64,000 nucleotides of DNA, from assembly GCA_963737065.1 (NCBI GenBank), contig CAVTRC010000001.1, positions 544,001 through 608,000 on the forward strand. Reading direction: 5' to 3'. Numbering within the stretch: the stretch's first letter is position 1; each line of letters begins with the position of its first letter. The notes below the pieces were generated by a model, which was not told where the DNA came from, ran no database searches, and saw nothing but the letters and a program-made list of their open reading frames with translations. Positions 39,664 to 52,530 of the stretch are shown one piece after another. The translations under genes were made by a program, and so were the position numbers. The stretch is from Candidatus Eremiobacteria bacterium (lineage in GTDB: Bacteria > Vulcanimicrobiota > Vulcanimicrobiia > Vulcanimicrobiales > Vulcanimicrobiaceae).

Positions 39664-40688
39664 GGTTGCTCCACAACCGGAGCCGTTGGCGGTTCAATGC
39701 GTTCCGGACGCTGATCGGTCGCGCGGTCGTCGTAGAGAAAACATCGCGCGACGTGGTCACCGTCGAACGCATACAGCGGCACGGGCTCGCTACAGATCGG
39801 CATCGTATACGCGCAGCGCGGCGAAAAGGCGCAGCCCGGCGGCATGTTGAGCAGATTCGGCGGCTGCCCTTTGATCGGTACGAGACGTTCATGGCCACTC
39901 GCATCCAAGCGCGGCAGCGAGGAAAGCAACCCCTGCGTATACGGCATCTTCGGATCTTTGAAGATGTCGGCGGCCGTGCCGTACTCGACCATGTTTCCGC
40001 CGTACATCACGAGAACGTTCCTGCAGACCTCCGCGACGACACCGAGATCGTGCGTGATCATGATGATCGCCGCACCCGTCTCCGCCTGCATCTCGTTCAT
40101 CAGCTCGAGAATCTGCGCTTGAATGGTCACGTCGAGCGCGGTTGTCGGCTCGTCGGCGATCAACAGTTGCGGGTTGCACGAGAGCGCCATCGCGATCATG
40201 ACCCGCTGACGCATGCCGCCCGAGAACTGATGCGGGTAGTCGTTCAAGCGCGCTTGCGGCGACGGAATGCGAACTTTCTGCAGCATTTCGATCGCTTTGT
40301 CGCGCGCTTCACGTCGGCTGTACCCGAGGTGCAAACGGACGGCTTCGATGATCTGCTCGCCGATCGAAAGAACCGGATTGAGCGATGTCATCGGGTCCTG
40401 GAAGATCATCGCGATCTGATGTCCGCGAATCTTGCGCATGTCGCCTTCGCTCTTCTTCTGCAAATCTTCGCCGTTGAAGTAAATGCCGTCGCTCGTCACG
40501 GTGGCATTGCGCGCGAGGAGACGCATAATCGAAAGCGAGGTGACGGATTTGCCGGAACCGGATTCGCCGACGATGCCGAGCGTTTCACCGGAGTTCAGGC
40601 TAAAGGAGAGGCCGCTGACCGCTGTGACGGGACCGTCTTCGGTACGAAACGTTGTGCGAAGAGTTCTTACGTCGAGCAGCGCGCCCAA
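39660..40688 (-). CDS. oppD: Oligopeptide/dipeptide ABC transporter ATP-binding subunit (OppD/DppD)
   Basis: [24 protein letters not shown]. Confidence 0.9.
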   Translation of the reverse strand: MGALLDVRTLRTTFRTEDGPVTAVSGLSFSLNSGETLGIVGESGSGKSVTSLSIMRLLARNATVTSDGIYFNGEDLQKKSEGDMRKIRGHQIAMIFQDPMTSLNPVLSIGEQIIEAVRLHLGYSRREARDKAIEMLQKVRIPSPQARLNDYPHQFSGGMRQRVMIAMALSCNPQLLIADEPTTALDVTIQAQILELMNEMQAETGAAIIMITHDLGVVAEVCRNVLVMYGGNMVEYGTAADIFKDPKMPYTQGLLSSLPRLDASGHERLVPIKGQPPNLLNMPPGCAFSPRCAYTMPICSEPVPLYAFDGDHVARCFLYDDRATDQRPERIEPPTAPVVEQP

Positions 40689-40695
40689 GTCGAGT

Positions 40696-41070
40696 TTAGA
40701 TTCCCGTCAGCGATAGAATGAACGCGGTGATGACGAACACGACCGCGGTGAAACCCGTGACCCGTTGGAGTTGCTGGTCCGCTCCGGGACGCGCATACGC
40801 GGATTCCACACGTCCGCCGATCGTACCGGAAAGCCCCTCTTGTTTCGTCGTCTGCATCGCCAGCAGCACGACGAGCGCGACCGCGGCGATCATAAAGATT
40901 CCGGCAATCGTGTGCGTCGCCCAGCCCGCGTGGGCTTGAAACCACGTCTGCGTCATCTGCGCCGCCGGCGGTGCGTTGATGACGAACGGCGACGCGTTGG
41001 GATTGGGAACCGTCGTAACTTGAATCTGCGGTTGGGCGCTGGCGGCGGCCGCAGCGGCGGCGAGAATCAA
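40696..41070 (-). CDS. secG: Preprotein translocase subunit SecG with N-terminal extension
   Basis: TM-Q.TK.EGLSGTIGG..L.RVT-TM. Confidence 0.8.
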   Translation of the reverse strand: MILAAAAAAASAQPQIQVTTVPNPNASPFVINAPPAAQMTQTWFQAHAGWATHTIAGIFMIAAVALVVLLAMQTTKQEGLSGTIGGRVESAYARPGADQQLQRVTGFTAVVFVITAFILSLTGI

Positions 41071-42974
41071 CGATGTATCTCCTGACTGCGTTCGAGCACA
41101 CGCGAGACACGCTCGGCGACATGCTGCGCAGAGAGGCCGAAACGCGCGCGTTGGCTGGGTTGCGAATCGTGCTGTACGAGTTCGTCGGCTATGCCGATGC
41201 GTTCGACACGAACCTCCAGCCCGCGATCCGACACGCTCTCTACGACCGCTGAGCCGAAGCCGCCTGCGAGCGAGTGTTCTTCTAAGGTAAGAATCAACTC
41301 GTGATCGCCGGCAAGCGATTCGAGGAGCGCTGCATCGACCGGCTTCGCGAAGCGGGCGTTCACGACGGTCGGCAGCAGGTCGGAACGGCCGAATTCACCG
41401 CTCGCGAGCAACTCGTATGCGTCGAGCGCAACGTCGGCGGTGTTGCCGAGCGCAAGAATCGCAACACCGGAACCGCGGCGAAGCACCTCGGATTTTCCGT
41501 GTTCGATCGGCGCCGGTTGGTCGTGGTGGCGGCCGCTGCTCGAACCGCGCGGATAGCGAATGGCGGCCGGCGCGTTCAACGCCAGCGCGTGCTGGAGCAT
41601 CGGCAGCACTTCATCTTCGCTGCGCGGGGCCATCACCGTCATGTTCGGAAGCGTCCGCAAATATGCGACATCGTAGAGGCCCATGTGCGTCGGCCCGTCG
41701 TCGCCCACCACGCCGGCACGGTCCATGCAAAATACGACGGGCAGATTCTGCACGCAAACGTCGTGCACGACTTGATCGTACGCGCGCTGCAAGAACGTCG
41801 AGTAGATCGCGCAGACCGGTTTGAGGCCGTTCGTCGCAGCGCCCGCCGCCATGCACACCGCATGCGCTTCCGCGATGCCGACGTCGAAATACCGCGACGG
41901 AAATTGTTTTGCGAACTTTGAGAGTTTCGTTCCATCCGGCATAGCGGCGGTGATGCCGATGACCTTGGGATTCTTTTCGGCAACCGCGATCAGCGCGGAC
42001 GCGAACGCATCGGAGAACGTGGGGCGCGCGTCGGGTTTGACTTCGATTTTTCCGGTATCTGCGTCAAACGCGCCGGAGCCGTGGAACGTCCGCGAATCGC
42101 GCTCCGCCGGCAAGTACCCTTTGCCTTTGACCGTCCGCACGTGCAGCAGCACCGGACCCTCGAGCTGTTTCGCGGTTTCGAGCGCGTCGAGGAGCGTGTC
42201 GATGTTGTGTCCGTCGACGGGTCCCATGTAACGAAAACCAAGCTCTTCAAAGATGACCGCCGCTTTCTCCGACGGTGCGACGAAACGCATCGCGCCCATT
42301 TCGGCCGACGCAAACGCTTTGCGCGCCGCACCGCCAAACGGCATATGTCCGAACACGTCTTTCGCTTTTTCGCGCACGAACTGCGAGAACGGTTTTGCGC
42401 GCAGCACGGACAAATACGAGGCGACCGCACCGACGTTCGGCGCGATCGACATCTCGTTGTCGTTGAGGATAACGATGAAATTCGAATTCAGCGCCCCGGC
42501 GTTGTTGATCGCTTCGTACGCGAGCCCACCGGTCAATGCACCGTCACCGATGACCGCGACGATCGTTTCGTTGCCTCCCGCGAGATCGCGCGCAACCGCC
42601 ATCCCGTATGCCGCGGAAACCGACGTCGATGCATGGCCCGCACCAAACTGGTCGTACTGCGACTCGGTGCGCATCGCAAAACCGGAGATACCGCCGCCTT
42701 GACGCAGCGAGCCGAAACGGTCGCGGCGCCCGGTGAGAATCTTGTGCACGTACGCTTGATGGCTAACGTCCCAGACCAGTTTATCGTTCGGCACATCGAG
42801 CACGCGGTGCAATGCGATGGTCAGTTCAACGACGCCGAGGTTCGGGGCGAGATGCCCGCCGGTGCGCGAACAGGTCGCGACGAGCAGCTCGCGGATCTCA
42901 CGCGCCAGAGTGTCGAGGTCGTCGCGGCTCAGTGCTTTGAGATCGTCCGGAGAGTTGACGCGTTCAATCACCAT
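41067..42974 (-). CDS. dxs: 1-deoxy-D-xylulose-5-phosphate synthase
   Basis: GGHLAPNLG, GDGALTGG, NDNEMSI, DRAG.VG.DGPTH. Confidence 0.97.
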   Translation of the reverse strand: MVIERVNSPDDLKALSRDDLDTLAREIRELLVATCSRTGGHLAPNLGVVELTIALHRVLDVPNDKLVWDVSHQAYVHKILTGRRDRFGSLRQGGGISGFAMRTESQYDQFGAGHASTSVSAAYGMAVARDLAGGNETIVAVIGDGALTGGLAYEAINNAGALNSNFIVILNDNEMSIAPNVGAVASYLSVLRAKPFSQFVREKAKDVFGHMPFGGAARKAFASAEMGAMRFVAPSEKAAVIFEELGFRYMGPVDGHNIDTLLDALETAKQLEGPVLLHVRTVKGKGYLPAERDSRTFHGSGAFDADTGKIEVKPDARPTFSDAFASALIAVAEKNPKVIGITAAMPDGTKLSKFAKQFPSRYFDVGIAEAHAVCMAAGAATNGLKPVCAIYSTFLQRAYDQVVHDVCVQNLPVVFCMDRAGVVGDDGPTHMGLYDVAYLRTLPNMTVMAPRSEDEVLPMLQHALALNAPAAIRYPRGSSSGRHHDQPAPIEHGKSEVLRRGSGVAILALGNTADVALDAYELLASGEFGRSDLLPTVVNARFAKPVDAALLESLAGDHELILTLEEHSLAGGFGSAVVESVSDRGLEVRVERIGIADELVQHDSQPSQRARFGLSAQHVAERVSRVLERSQEIHR

Positions 42975-43045
42975 GTTGACCGGGCTGGGTTCGGCTCGAT
43001 CACGGGACCCTCCCCCGCTGCGCGCGCGCGTGCTATAGCCGCCCC

Positions 43046-43083
43046 ATTGCATGATTATTCGTCAGCGTGCATAAATATACAGT
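43046..43083 (+). promoter_or_regulatory. Tandem ARG boxes (ArgR operator)
   Basis: attgcatgattattcgtc / cgtgcataaatatacagt, 2-bp spacer, directly before argF. Confidence 0.75.
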
Positions 43084-44061
43084 ATGTACGCGGTAGCGCC
43101 GGCCTCACCGGCGGCCTTGCGGGGACGGCATCTTCTTCAGACGACGGATCTCGCGCCGGCAGAGCTCGCTGCGGTGGTGACGCTTGCCGCCGAGCTCAAG
43201 CGCGCTTCGGCGAACGCTTACCGTGCTGCATTGCGCGGGAGAACGCTCGCGCTGCTCTTTGAAAAACCGAGTCTTCGCACGCGTGTATCGTTCGAAGTGG
43301 CAATGACGCAGTTGGGCGGCGATACGCTCTTCGCATCGGGCGCCGAATTCATGGTCGGTTCGCGCGAGACGCCCGAAGATGCGGCGCGCGTGCTCTCACG
43401 TTACGTCGACGCGATCGTCGTGCGAACGCACGCGCATGCGCCGCTCGAACGATTCACCGCGTCGGCGAGCGTACCGGTCATCAACGGCTTATCCGCCGCC
43501 GCGCATCCCTGTCAAGCACTCGCCGACGTACTGACGATTCAAGAACGTTTCGGCACGCTGCGCGGACTGCACGTCGCGTATCTCGGCGACGCGAAAAACA
43601 ACGTCGCGCTTTCGCTCGCACAAGCAGCGGTAATGCTCGGCGCAACCGTGCATTTCGGCGCGCCTTCGACGCATCGGCCGCCGGAGAAAACGCTCGCGGA
43701 GCTCAACGCGCTCGGTGCGGCGAGCGGCGGACGCGTGCGTGCCTTCGGGACCGCAATTCGCTCGGTGCGTGGCGCCGACGTCGTCTATACCGACGTGTGG
43801 ACGTCGATGGGCGAGGAAGCGTACAGCGAACGCAATGAGGCGATGTTGCGGCCGTTCGCTGTGACCGATGAACTGCTCTCGTTCGCGCCGTCGCACGCGA
43901 TCTTCATGCATTGTCTCCCCGCTCATCGCGGCGAAGAAGTCGCGGAGTCGGTCATCGAGGGGCGGCAGAGCGTCGTCTTCGATCAAGCCGAAAACCGGCT
44001 CCACGCACAGAAAGCCTTGCTCTTCGCAGTGCTCGCCGATACGAAAGGATTTGCACCATGA
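43084..44061 (+). CDS. argF: Ornithine carbamoyltransferase
   Basis: SLRTR, HPCQ, DVWTSMG, HCLP. Confidence 0.95.
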   Translation: MYAVAPASPAALRGRHLLQTTDLAPAELAAVVTLAAELKRASANAYRAALRGRTLALLFEKPSLRTRVSFEVAMTQLGGDTLFASGAEFMVGSRETPEDAARVLSRYVDAIVVRTHAHAPLERFTASASVPVINGLSAAAHPCQALADVLTIQERFGTLRGLHVAYLGDAKNNVALSLAQAAVMLGATVHFGAPSTHRPPEKTLAELNALGAASGGRVRAFGTAIRSVRGADVVYTDVWTSMGEEAYSERNEAMLRPFAVTDELLSFAPSHAIFMHCLPAHRGEEVAESVIEGRQSVVFDQAENRLHAQKALLFAVLADTKGFAP

Positions 44062-44531
44062 AAGAGCGTCGCCAGCGCGCGATTCTCACGCTCGTCGCGA
44101 CGCGGCCCGTGCATTCGCAAGAAGAACTCGCGGCGCTGCTCGAGCGGCAAGGCTATGCCGCAACGCAGGCGACGGTCTCACGCGACGTCAAGGAACTCGG
44201 ACTCGTGAAGGTTCCGATTCGCGATGCCACGGCGGACGACGGGCTGTTCAAATATGTCGTGCCGAGCGCAACCGTCTCGTACGTCAGCCGTCTGCATCGT
44301 GTCGTCTCGGAAGTCGTCACGAATGTCGAAGGCGTGCTGAACCAGATCGTCATTAGAACCGGCCCGGGCAGCGCAATGATGGTCGCCTCCGCGGTCGACG
44401 AAGCCGGTTGGCCCGAGGTTCTCGGCACGATCGGCGGCGACGACACAATTCTCGTGATCGTTCGATCGCCGGACGTGATGCCCGTCGTCAAACAGCGCTT
44501 CATCGATTTGAAAGGATCGGCAGCTTCATGA
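44058..44531 (+). CDS. argR: Arginine repressor
   Basis: TQATVSRD, GTIGGDDT. Confidence 0.95.
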   Translation: MKERRQRAILTLVATRPVHSQEELAALLERQGYAATQATVSRDVKELGLVKVPIRDATADDGLFKYVVPSATVSYVSRLHRVVSEVVTNVEGVLNQIVIRTGPGSAMMVASAVDEAGWPEVLGTIGGDDTILVIVRSPDVMPVVKQRFIDLKGSAAS

Positions 44532-45745
44532 GCCGCATCGTGCTTGCGTATTCCGGCGGCCTCGATACGTCGGTGCTCCTCAAACGTCTGCTCCTCGAAG
44601 GTCATGAGGTCGTCGCGATGACGGCGGATCTCGGCGAATCGGACGCAATCTCCGGCCCCGGTGCGGCGGCGGAACTCGAACGCGTGCGCAGCAAGGCCCT
44701 CGCACTCGGTGCGCGTGATGCGGTCGTGATCGACGCGCGCGAACGATTCGTGCAGTCGTACGCGTTGCCCGCGCTTCGCGCAAATGCACTCTACGAGAGT
44801 CTTTATCCGCTCTCAGCCGCGCTATCGCGGCCGTTGATCGCTGCGCTTCTGGTCGAAACGGCGCATCAGCATAACGCCGATGCGGTAGCGCACGGCTGTA
44901 CCGGCAAAGGCAACGATCAAGTGCGCATCGAGCTCGGCGTGCGCGCGCTCGATCAACGTTTGACGGTGCGCGCGCCGCTGCGCGAGCAGCCGATGTCCCG
45001 TCCGGACGCGCTGACCTTTGCGGCGGAACATGGCGTGCCGGTCGCACACACGGCAGCAAAACCGTATTCCATCGATGCGAATCTTTGGGGACGATCGATC
45101 GAAGCGGGCGTGTTGGAAGATCCGTGGAACGCGCCGCCTGAAGACGCATACGCGTGGACGGCGTCGCCTTCGGCACAGCCGCCTCACGCCGACGAAGTCG
45201 TGATTCACTTCGAAGACGGTATCCCGTCGGTGAACGGTCTTATGTCGGTTCCACTGATCGCGTTCTTGAACGGCCTCGCCGGCTCGCACGGCATCGGACG
45301 TATCGACCTCGTCGAGGATCGCGTGATCGGCGTTAAATCGCGCGAAGTCTACGAAGCGCCCGCCGCAACGGTGCTCATTGCCGCGCATAAAGCGCTCGAA
45401 CGGCTCACGTTGACGCGCGACGAGCTGCGGTTCAAAGCGAGCGCGGACCAGAAATACGCCGAGCTCGCGTACGATGGTCTGTGGCATTCGCCGCTGCGCG
45501 ACGCGCTCGATGCGTTCAACGCATCGTTGGCGAAGCGCGTCACCGGCGAGGTTCGCGTGCGTCTGCATCACGGTAGCGCCGTTGCGACGGGCGTGCGTTC
45601 GCCCTTCGCGCTGTACGACGAGCATCTTGCAACGTATGGCCACGGCGATGCATTCGATCATGACGCAGCCGGCGGGTTCATTCGCTGTTACGGTTTGCCG
45701 CTCGACCGCGTGGCGCAACTGTCGCAAACGATGACGACGGCGTGA
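44528..45745 (+). CDS. argG: Argininosuccinate synthase
   Basis: AYSGGLDTS, HGCTGKGNDQ, KSREVYEAP. Confidence 0.96.
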   Translation: MSRIVLAYSGGLDTSVLLKRLLLEGHEVVAMTADLGESDAISGPGAAAELERVRSKALALGARDAVVIDARERFVQSYALPALRANALYESLYPLSAALSRPLIAALLVETAHQHNADAVAHGCTGKGNDQVRIELGVRALDQRLTVRAPLREQPMSRPDALTFAAEHGVPVAHTAAKPYSIDANLWGRSIEAGVLEDPWNAPPEDAYAWTASPSAQPPHADEVVIHFEDGIPSVNGLMSVPLIAFLNGLAGSHGIGRIDLVEDRVIGVKSREVYEAPAATVLIAAHKALERLTLTRDELRFKASADQKYAELAYDGLWHSPLRDALDAFNASLAKRVTGEVRVRLHHGSAVATGVRSPFALYDEHLATYGHGDAFDHDAAGGFIRCYGLPLDRVAQLSQTMTTA

Positions 45746-47118
45746 AGACGTCATTGCAATGGGGCGGCCGTTTCGGCGGCGCGCCGGATGCCGCGCTCCT
45801 CGCGTTCGGATCGTCGCTCGAAGACGACTTCGTCCTTGCGCCGTTCGACGTACGCGTTTCTCGCGCGCACGTCGCGGCGTTGTTCGCGGGCAACGTCATC
45901 GATGGCGCAAATGCCGCGATTCTCGACGGCGCGCTGCAACGGGTCGAGGGCGAGATCCAAGACGGCAGCTTTACGGCCTTCGCGCGCGCGGAGCCGTTCG
46001 AAGACATTCACGGCGCGATCGACGCTCGCGTGCGCGAACTCGAGCCCGAAGCCGGCGCGTCGCTGCATGCGGGGCGCAGCCGGAACGACCAAGTGGCGAC
46101 GACGCTGGCGCTCTATGCGGCCGATCGCGCGGTTCGCGGCGCGCGAATCGCCGGTTCGATCATCCGCCATATCAAGGAACTCGCCGAACGGGAATTGGCC
46201 GAAGAGACCATTCTCGCGGCAACCACGCACACGCAGCCGGCGCAACCGATATTGTTCGCGTTTTGGCTTGCAGCGATTGCCGAGCCGTTTGTGCGGGCGG
46301 CTCGGCGATTTGCAAACGTTGCGCACGATGCACGCCGTTTCTCGCCCCTGGGATCAGGAGCCGTCGCCGGATCGACGCTCCCGCTCCATCGCGGCGCAGC
46401 GAGCGCGATGCTCGGGTTTACGTCGCCGTCGCGAAACGCGATGGATTCGATCGGCACGCGCGACACGGCGCTCGACGTTGCACACGCATTCGTGCGCGCC
46501 GCTGCGGACGCATCGCGCGTTTCCGCCGAAGTAATCGTGTGGGCGACGCCCGCATTCGGTTACGTACACCTAGGCGACGGCTCGTCGACGGGTTCCAGCT
46601 TGATGCCGCAAAAACGCAACCCCGATACGTTCGAACTCGTTCGCGGCGGCGCATCCGAGTTGCTCGGTCTGTACACCGGCGCGGTTGCGTCCACGATCGG
46701 GATCGGCCCTTCGTATCATCGCGATCTGCAGCATACGAAGCGCATGACCATCGAGATATGCGAGCGCGGTACGATGCTGCTCGATGCATTTTTGCGGGCC
46801 CTCGTCGATACGTCGTTCGATCGTGAGGCAATGGCGCGCGACGCAAGCAACGGTTACACGGTTGCAACGGACATGGCCGACGAACTCGTTCGAAACGGCG
46901 TGCCGGCGCGCGACGCGCATGCGCGCATCGGCGAACTGGTATCACAGGCGGAACGCGAACGACGCCCGTTGGAAGGCGCACCGACTGCGCATGCGAGCGT
47001 TGCAATGAAAGCAACGAGCGGATCGACCTCACCGCAAGCGGTGCGCGTCGCGCTCGACGCATTGGCGAGAGAACTGGCGGAGATCGAAAGGGAGGTCAGC
47101 TCAACGGCCCCTAACTAG
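45742..47118 (+). CDS. argH: Argininosuccinate lyase
   Basis: WGGRF, GRSRNDQ, GSSLMPQKRNPD. Confidence 0.95.
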   Translation: MKTSLQWGGRFGGAPDAALLAFGSSLEDDFVLAPFDVRVSRAHVAALFAGNVIDGANAAILDGALQRVEGEIQDGSFTAFARAEPFEDIHGAIDARVRELEPEAGASLHAGRSRNDQVATTLALYAADRAVRGARIAGSIIRHIKELAERELAEETILAATTHTQPAQPILFAFWLAAIAEPFVRAARRFANVAHDARRFSPLGSGAVAGSTLPLHRGAASAMLGFTSPSRNAMDSIGTRDTALDVAHAFVRAAADASRVSAEVIVWATPAFGYVHLGDGSSTGSSLMPQKRNPDTFELVRGGASELLGLYTGAVASTIGIGPSYHRDLQHTKRMTIEICERGTMLLDAFLRALVDTSFDREAMARDASNGYTVATDMADELVRNGVPARDAHARIGELVSQAERERRPLEGAPTAHASVAMKATSGSTSPQAVRVALDALARELAEIEREVSSTAPN

Positions 47119-47124
47119 GGCGCC

Positions 47125-47769
47125 ATGCACGATCCGTCCGTCGAGATCGTCCCGATCAAAAAGCGCCGGCCCTGGCGTGACCTCGCGCGCACGCTCTCGA
47201 CGGTGTTCAATCCGTTTCTGACATCGCTCGGGCTTTTTATTATCTTGGCGCACGCGAGCGCCCGCGGGACGCTCGACTTCTGGTGGCTGCTCGTGCTCTC
47301 GACGTTCTTCACGTCGATCGGTCCGATGCTCTACGTTTTCTGGCTCTACGGAACCGACCGGATCTCGGATCTCGACATGTCCGTCCGTCACGAGCGAGAG
47401 GCGGTCTTCGGTGCGTTCGTCGTCTTCTATCTGCTCGGCACGATCGCACTGTGGATAGCGCATTCGCCGCGGCTGATGATCGCGTCGATGGCCGCGTATA
47501 CGGTTTCGACATTGGTCGTGCAATACATCACGCGCTATTGGAAGATCAGCACGCACGCACTCGGCATCACCGCCCCGCTCGTGGTCCTTACGCTCTTGTA
47601 TGGCAATCAGACGCTTCCGTTCTGCGTTCTCATTCCGATGGTCGGTTGGGCACGCGTCTATCTCAAAGCGCATACCGTGATGCAAGTCGTGGCGGGCGCT
47701 GTGCTCGCATTCGGCTCGACCGTGCTGTTCTTTCACATCTTTCACGTTCGGGAAATCGTGGCACTCTAA
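47125..47769 (+). CDS. Membrane protein, PAP2-like
   Basis: Several TMs, WKISTH, WARVYLKAHT..QV..G. Confidence 0.7.
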   Translation: MHDPSVEIVPIKKRRPWRDLARTLSTVFNPFLTSLGLFIILAHASARGTLDFWWLLVLSTFFTSIGPMLYVFWLYGTDRISDLDMSVRHEREAVFGAFVVFYLLGTIALWIAHSPRLMIASMAAYTVSTLVVQYITRYWKISTHALGITAPLVVLTLLYGNQTLPFCVLIPMVGWARVYLKAHTVMQVVAGAVLAFGSTVLFFHIFHVREIVAL

Positions 47770-48438
47770 GTGGCGTCGCGAACGATCGTCACGCTCTTCG
47801 CGCTTGTCGCATTGACCGGCGTCAAACCCGTCTCATCCGACGGAGAAGCGACGGTGTATCTAAGCGGGAACTTCACCGGCGACTTCGACGTCGCATATAA
47901 GGCAACGCTTGCGCCCGCGCCGCACAACACGTCCCTGTCATGGCTGAGCATCTTACTCATCGGCAAAGTGATCCCGGGTTCGGGAACGTCGGTTGGAATC
48001 GCGAGCGGCGGTCCGCGGCAAAGCGTGACATCCGTCTATACCGATGTCACGTATCCGAACCTTAACGATACTTACAAACGCGAACGCGCAAACTGCACGA
48101 CGCGTTGCATCCTGGAACTGCGCGGTGATAAGCACACGATCTTCGCGCTTGTGAACGGTACGGAACTCGAGGCATGGCCACGCTCGATACTGCGGTTAAC
48201 GCGCCCCAGCATACAGCTCAACGCGGAGGTTCACGGCGTCGGCGACGTTCTTCAGGCGTCGCTGACACCCGTGCGAACGATCGCAGCGGGACGGCCGTTG
48301 CAACATCCTACGTGCGCCTTTACGACACGCGGTATCGAACCGAGCGGAACGCGCAATCTGAACTTCTCCGGTCGAAACCGCGACGCGCCCGGTGAGTTCG
48401 TTTCATTGACGACCGGAGCGCACGGCGAAAGGTGTTAA
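47770..48438 (+). CDS. Secreted hypothetical protein
   Basis: Signal-like N-terminus; abuts the upstream stop. Confidence 0.65.
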   Translation: MASRTIVTLFALVALTGVKPVSSDGEATVYLSGNFTGDFDVAYKATLAPAPHNTSLSWLSILLIGKVIPGSGTSVGIASGGPRQSVTSVYTDVTYPNLNDTYKRERANCTTRCILELRGDKHTIFALVNGTELEAWPRSILRLTRPSIQLNAEVHGVGDVLQASLTPVRTIAAGRPLQHPTCAFTTRGIEPSGTRNLNFSGRNRDAPGEFVSLTTGAHGERC

Positions 48439-49592
48439 CGATTGCCTTTTGCCCATGGAAGAAAGCCGAATCCGTATGCAATGACGGAGCCGGCTGCGGC
48501 GAGCACGCAAAGCATCCGCGCGTTTCCGCCGACGAGCGCTGCGCCGGCCGTCGGCCCGACGATCATCGCGATGCTTCGGACCGAGTCGCTGACGCCCATG
48601 ATCGCTCCGCGCTCATCGCCCTTCGCGCGTTGAGAAAGCAGCGCCGTAATCGTCGGTTCAGCCGTCGCCGCACCAATCGCCCAGAGCACCATGGCGACGA
48701 GGAACAATAATTCGCCCGATACCAATGCGAGCGCAACGTACGCGAGCACACTAATGATGAGACCCGCCTGCAGCAGCGGCGTTTGTCCGAAGCGTTTTGC
48801 AAGGGGCGTTACGCCGGCGACGAGGGTGATTCCGCCGACCACGGCCGCAACGGCGAGCAAGTACGATGCTTTGCTGGGATTCATCTGCAGCACGCGGTTT
48901 GCATAGAGTGCGAAGTTCGACAGATAGCAGACCACGCCGAAGATAAAGAAAAATTGCCGCACGAGAATATTGCGAACGCCCGGCGCCGCGGTCGCTTTGA
49001 GCGAAGCGAGGATCGTGGTCTTCTTCTCGGTCGTCGTTCTATTCGGGAGAAAAAATCCGGTGAACACCAGATTGAGCGCTTCCAAGCCGGCCGCCACGAA
49101 GAACGGGATCGCGATGCTGCGCGCCATTAGCGCGCCCGACGTTACGGGGCCAACAATGAACGCAAGCCCGAACACCGCACCGTAAAGCGCGTATGCCTGC
49201 TCGCGCTTTTCGGGCTGCGTGACGTCGGCAATGTAGGATTCCGCCGCACCAAGGCTTCCGCCACCACACCCGGAGATCACGCGCGCGAGAAAAACGAGCC
49301 ACAACACGTGCGAGAGCGCGAGCAGCAAATATCCGGCAAGCGATAATACCTGTGCCGTCATGATGATCGTTTTGCGCCCGAGGCGATCGCTCAGCTTTCC
49401 CCATATCGGCGCGGCGATCGCCGAGCACACGGCCGGAACGCTGAGCAACGCGCCACCGACGATCGGTGACGCATGATACTGCCGCACGAGTACGGGAAGC
49501 AGCGGAATCATCAACGTGTAGCCGAGCGTATCGACCAGCGTCGTGCCGTAGATCGGGACGATCGCGAACGGAAGACCGAACGTCCGACGCAC
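48435..49592 (-). CDS. MFS transporter (TetA/DHA1-like)
   Basis: G.LSDRLGRK motif A, YIADVT, G..FIVGP..G. Confidence 0.88.
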   Translation of the reverse strand: MRRTFGLPFAIVPIYGTTLVDTLGYTLMIPLLPVLVRQYHASPIVGGALLSVPAVCSAIAAPIWGKLSDRLGRKTIIMTAQVLSLAGYLLLALSHVLWLVFLARVISGCGGGSLGAAESYIADVTQPEKREQAYALYGAVFGLAFIVGPVTSGALMARSIAIPFFVAAGLEALNLVFTGFFLPNRTTTEKKTTILASLKATAAPGVRNILVRQFFFIFGVVCYLSNFALYANRVLQMNPSKASYLLAVAAVVGGITLVAGVTPLAKRFGQTPLLQAGLIISVLAYVALALVSGELLFLVAMVLWAIGAATAEPTITALLSQRAKGDERGAIMGVSDSVRSIAMIVGPTAGAALVGGNARMLCVLAAAGSVIAYGFGFLPWAKGNR

Positions 49593-49605
49593 GCGGTCTA
49601 CGGCA

Positions 49606-52530
<2,925 letters not shown>

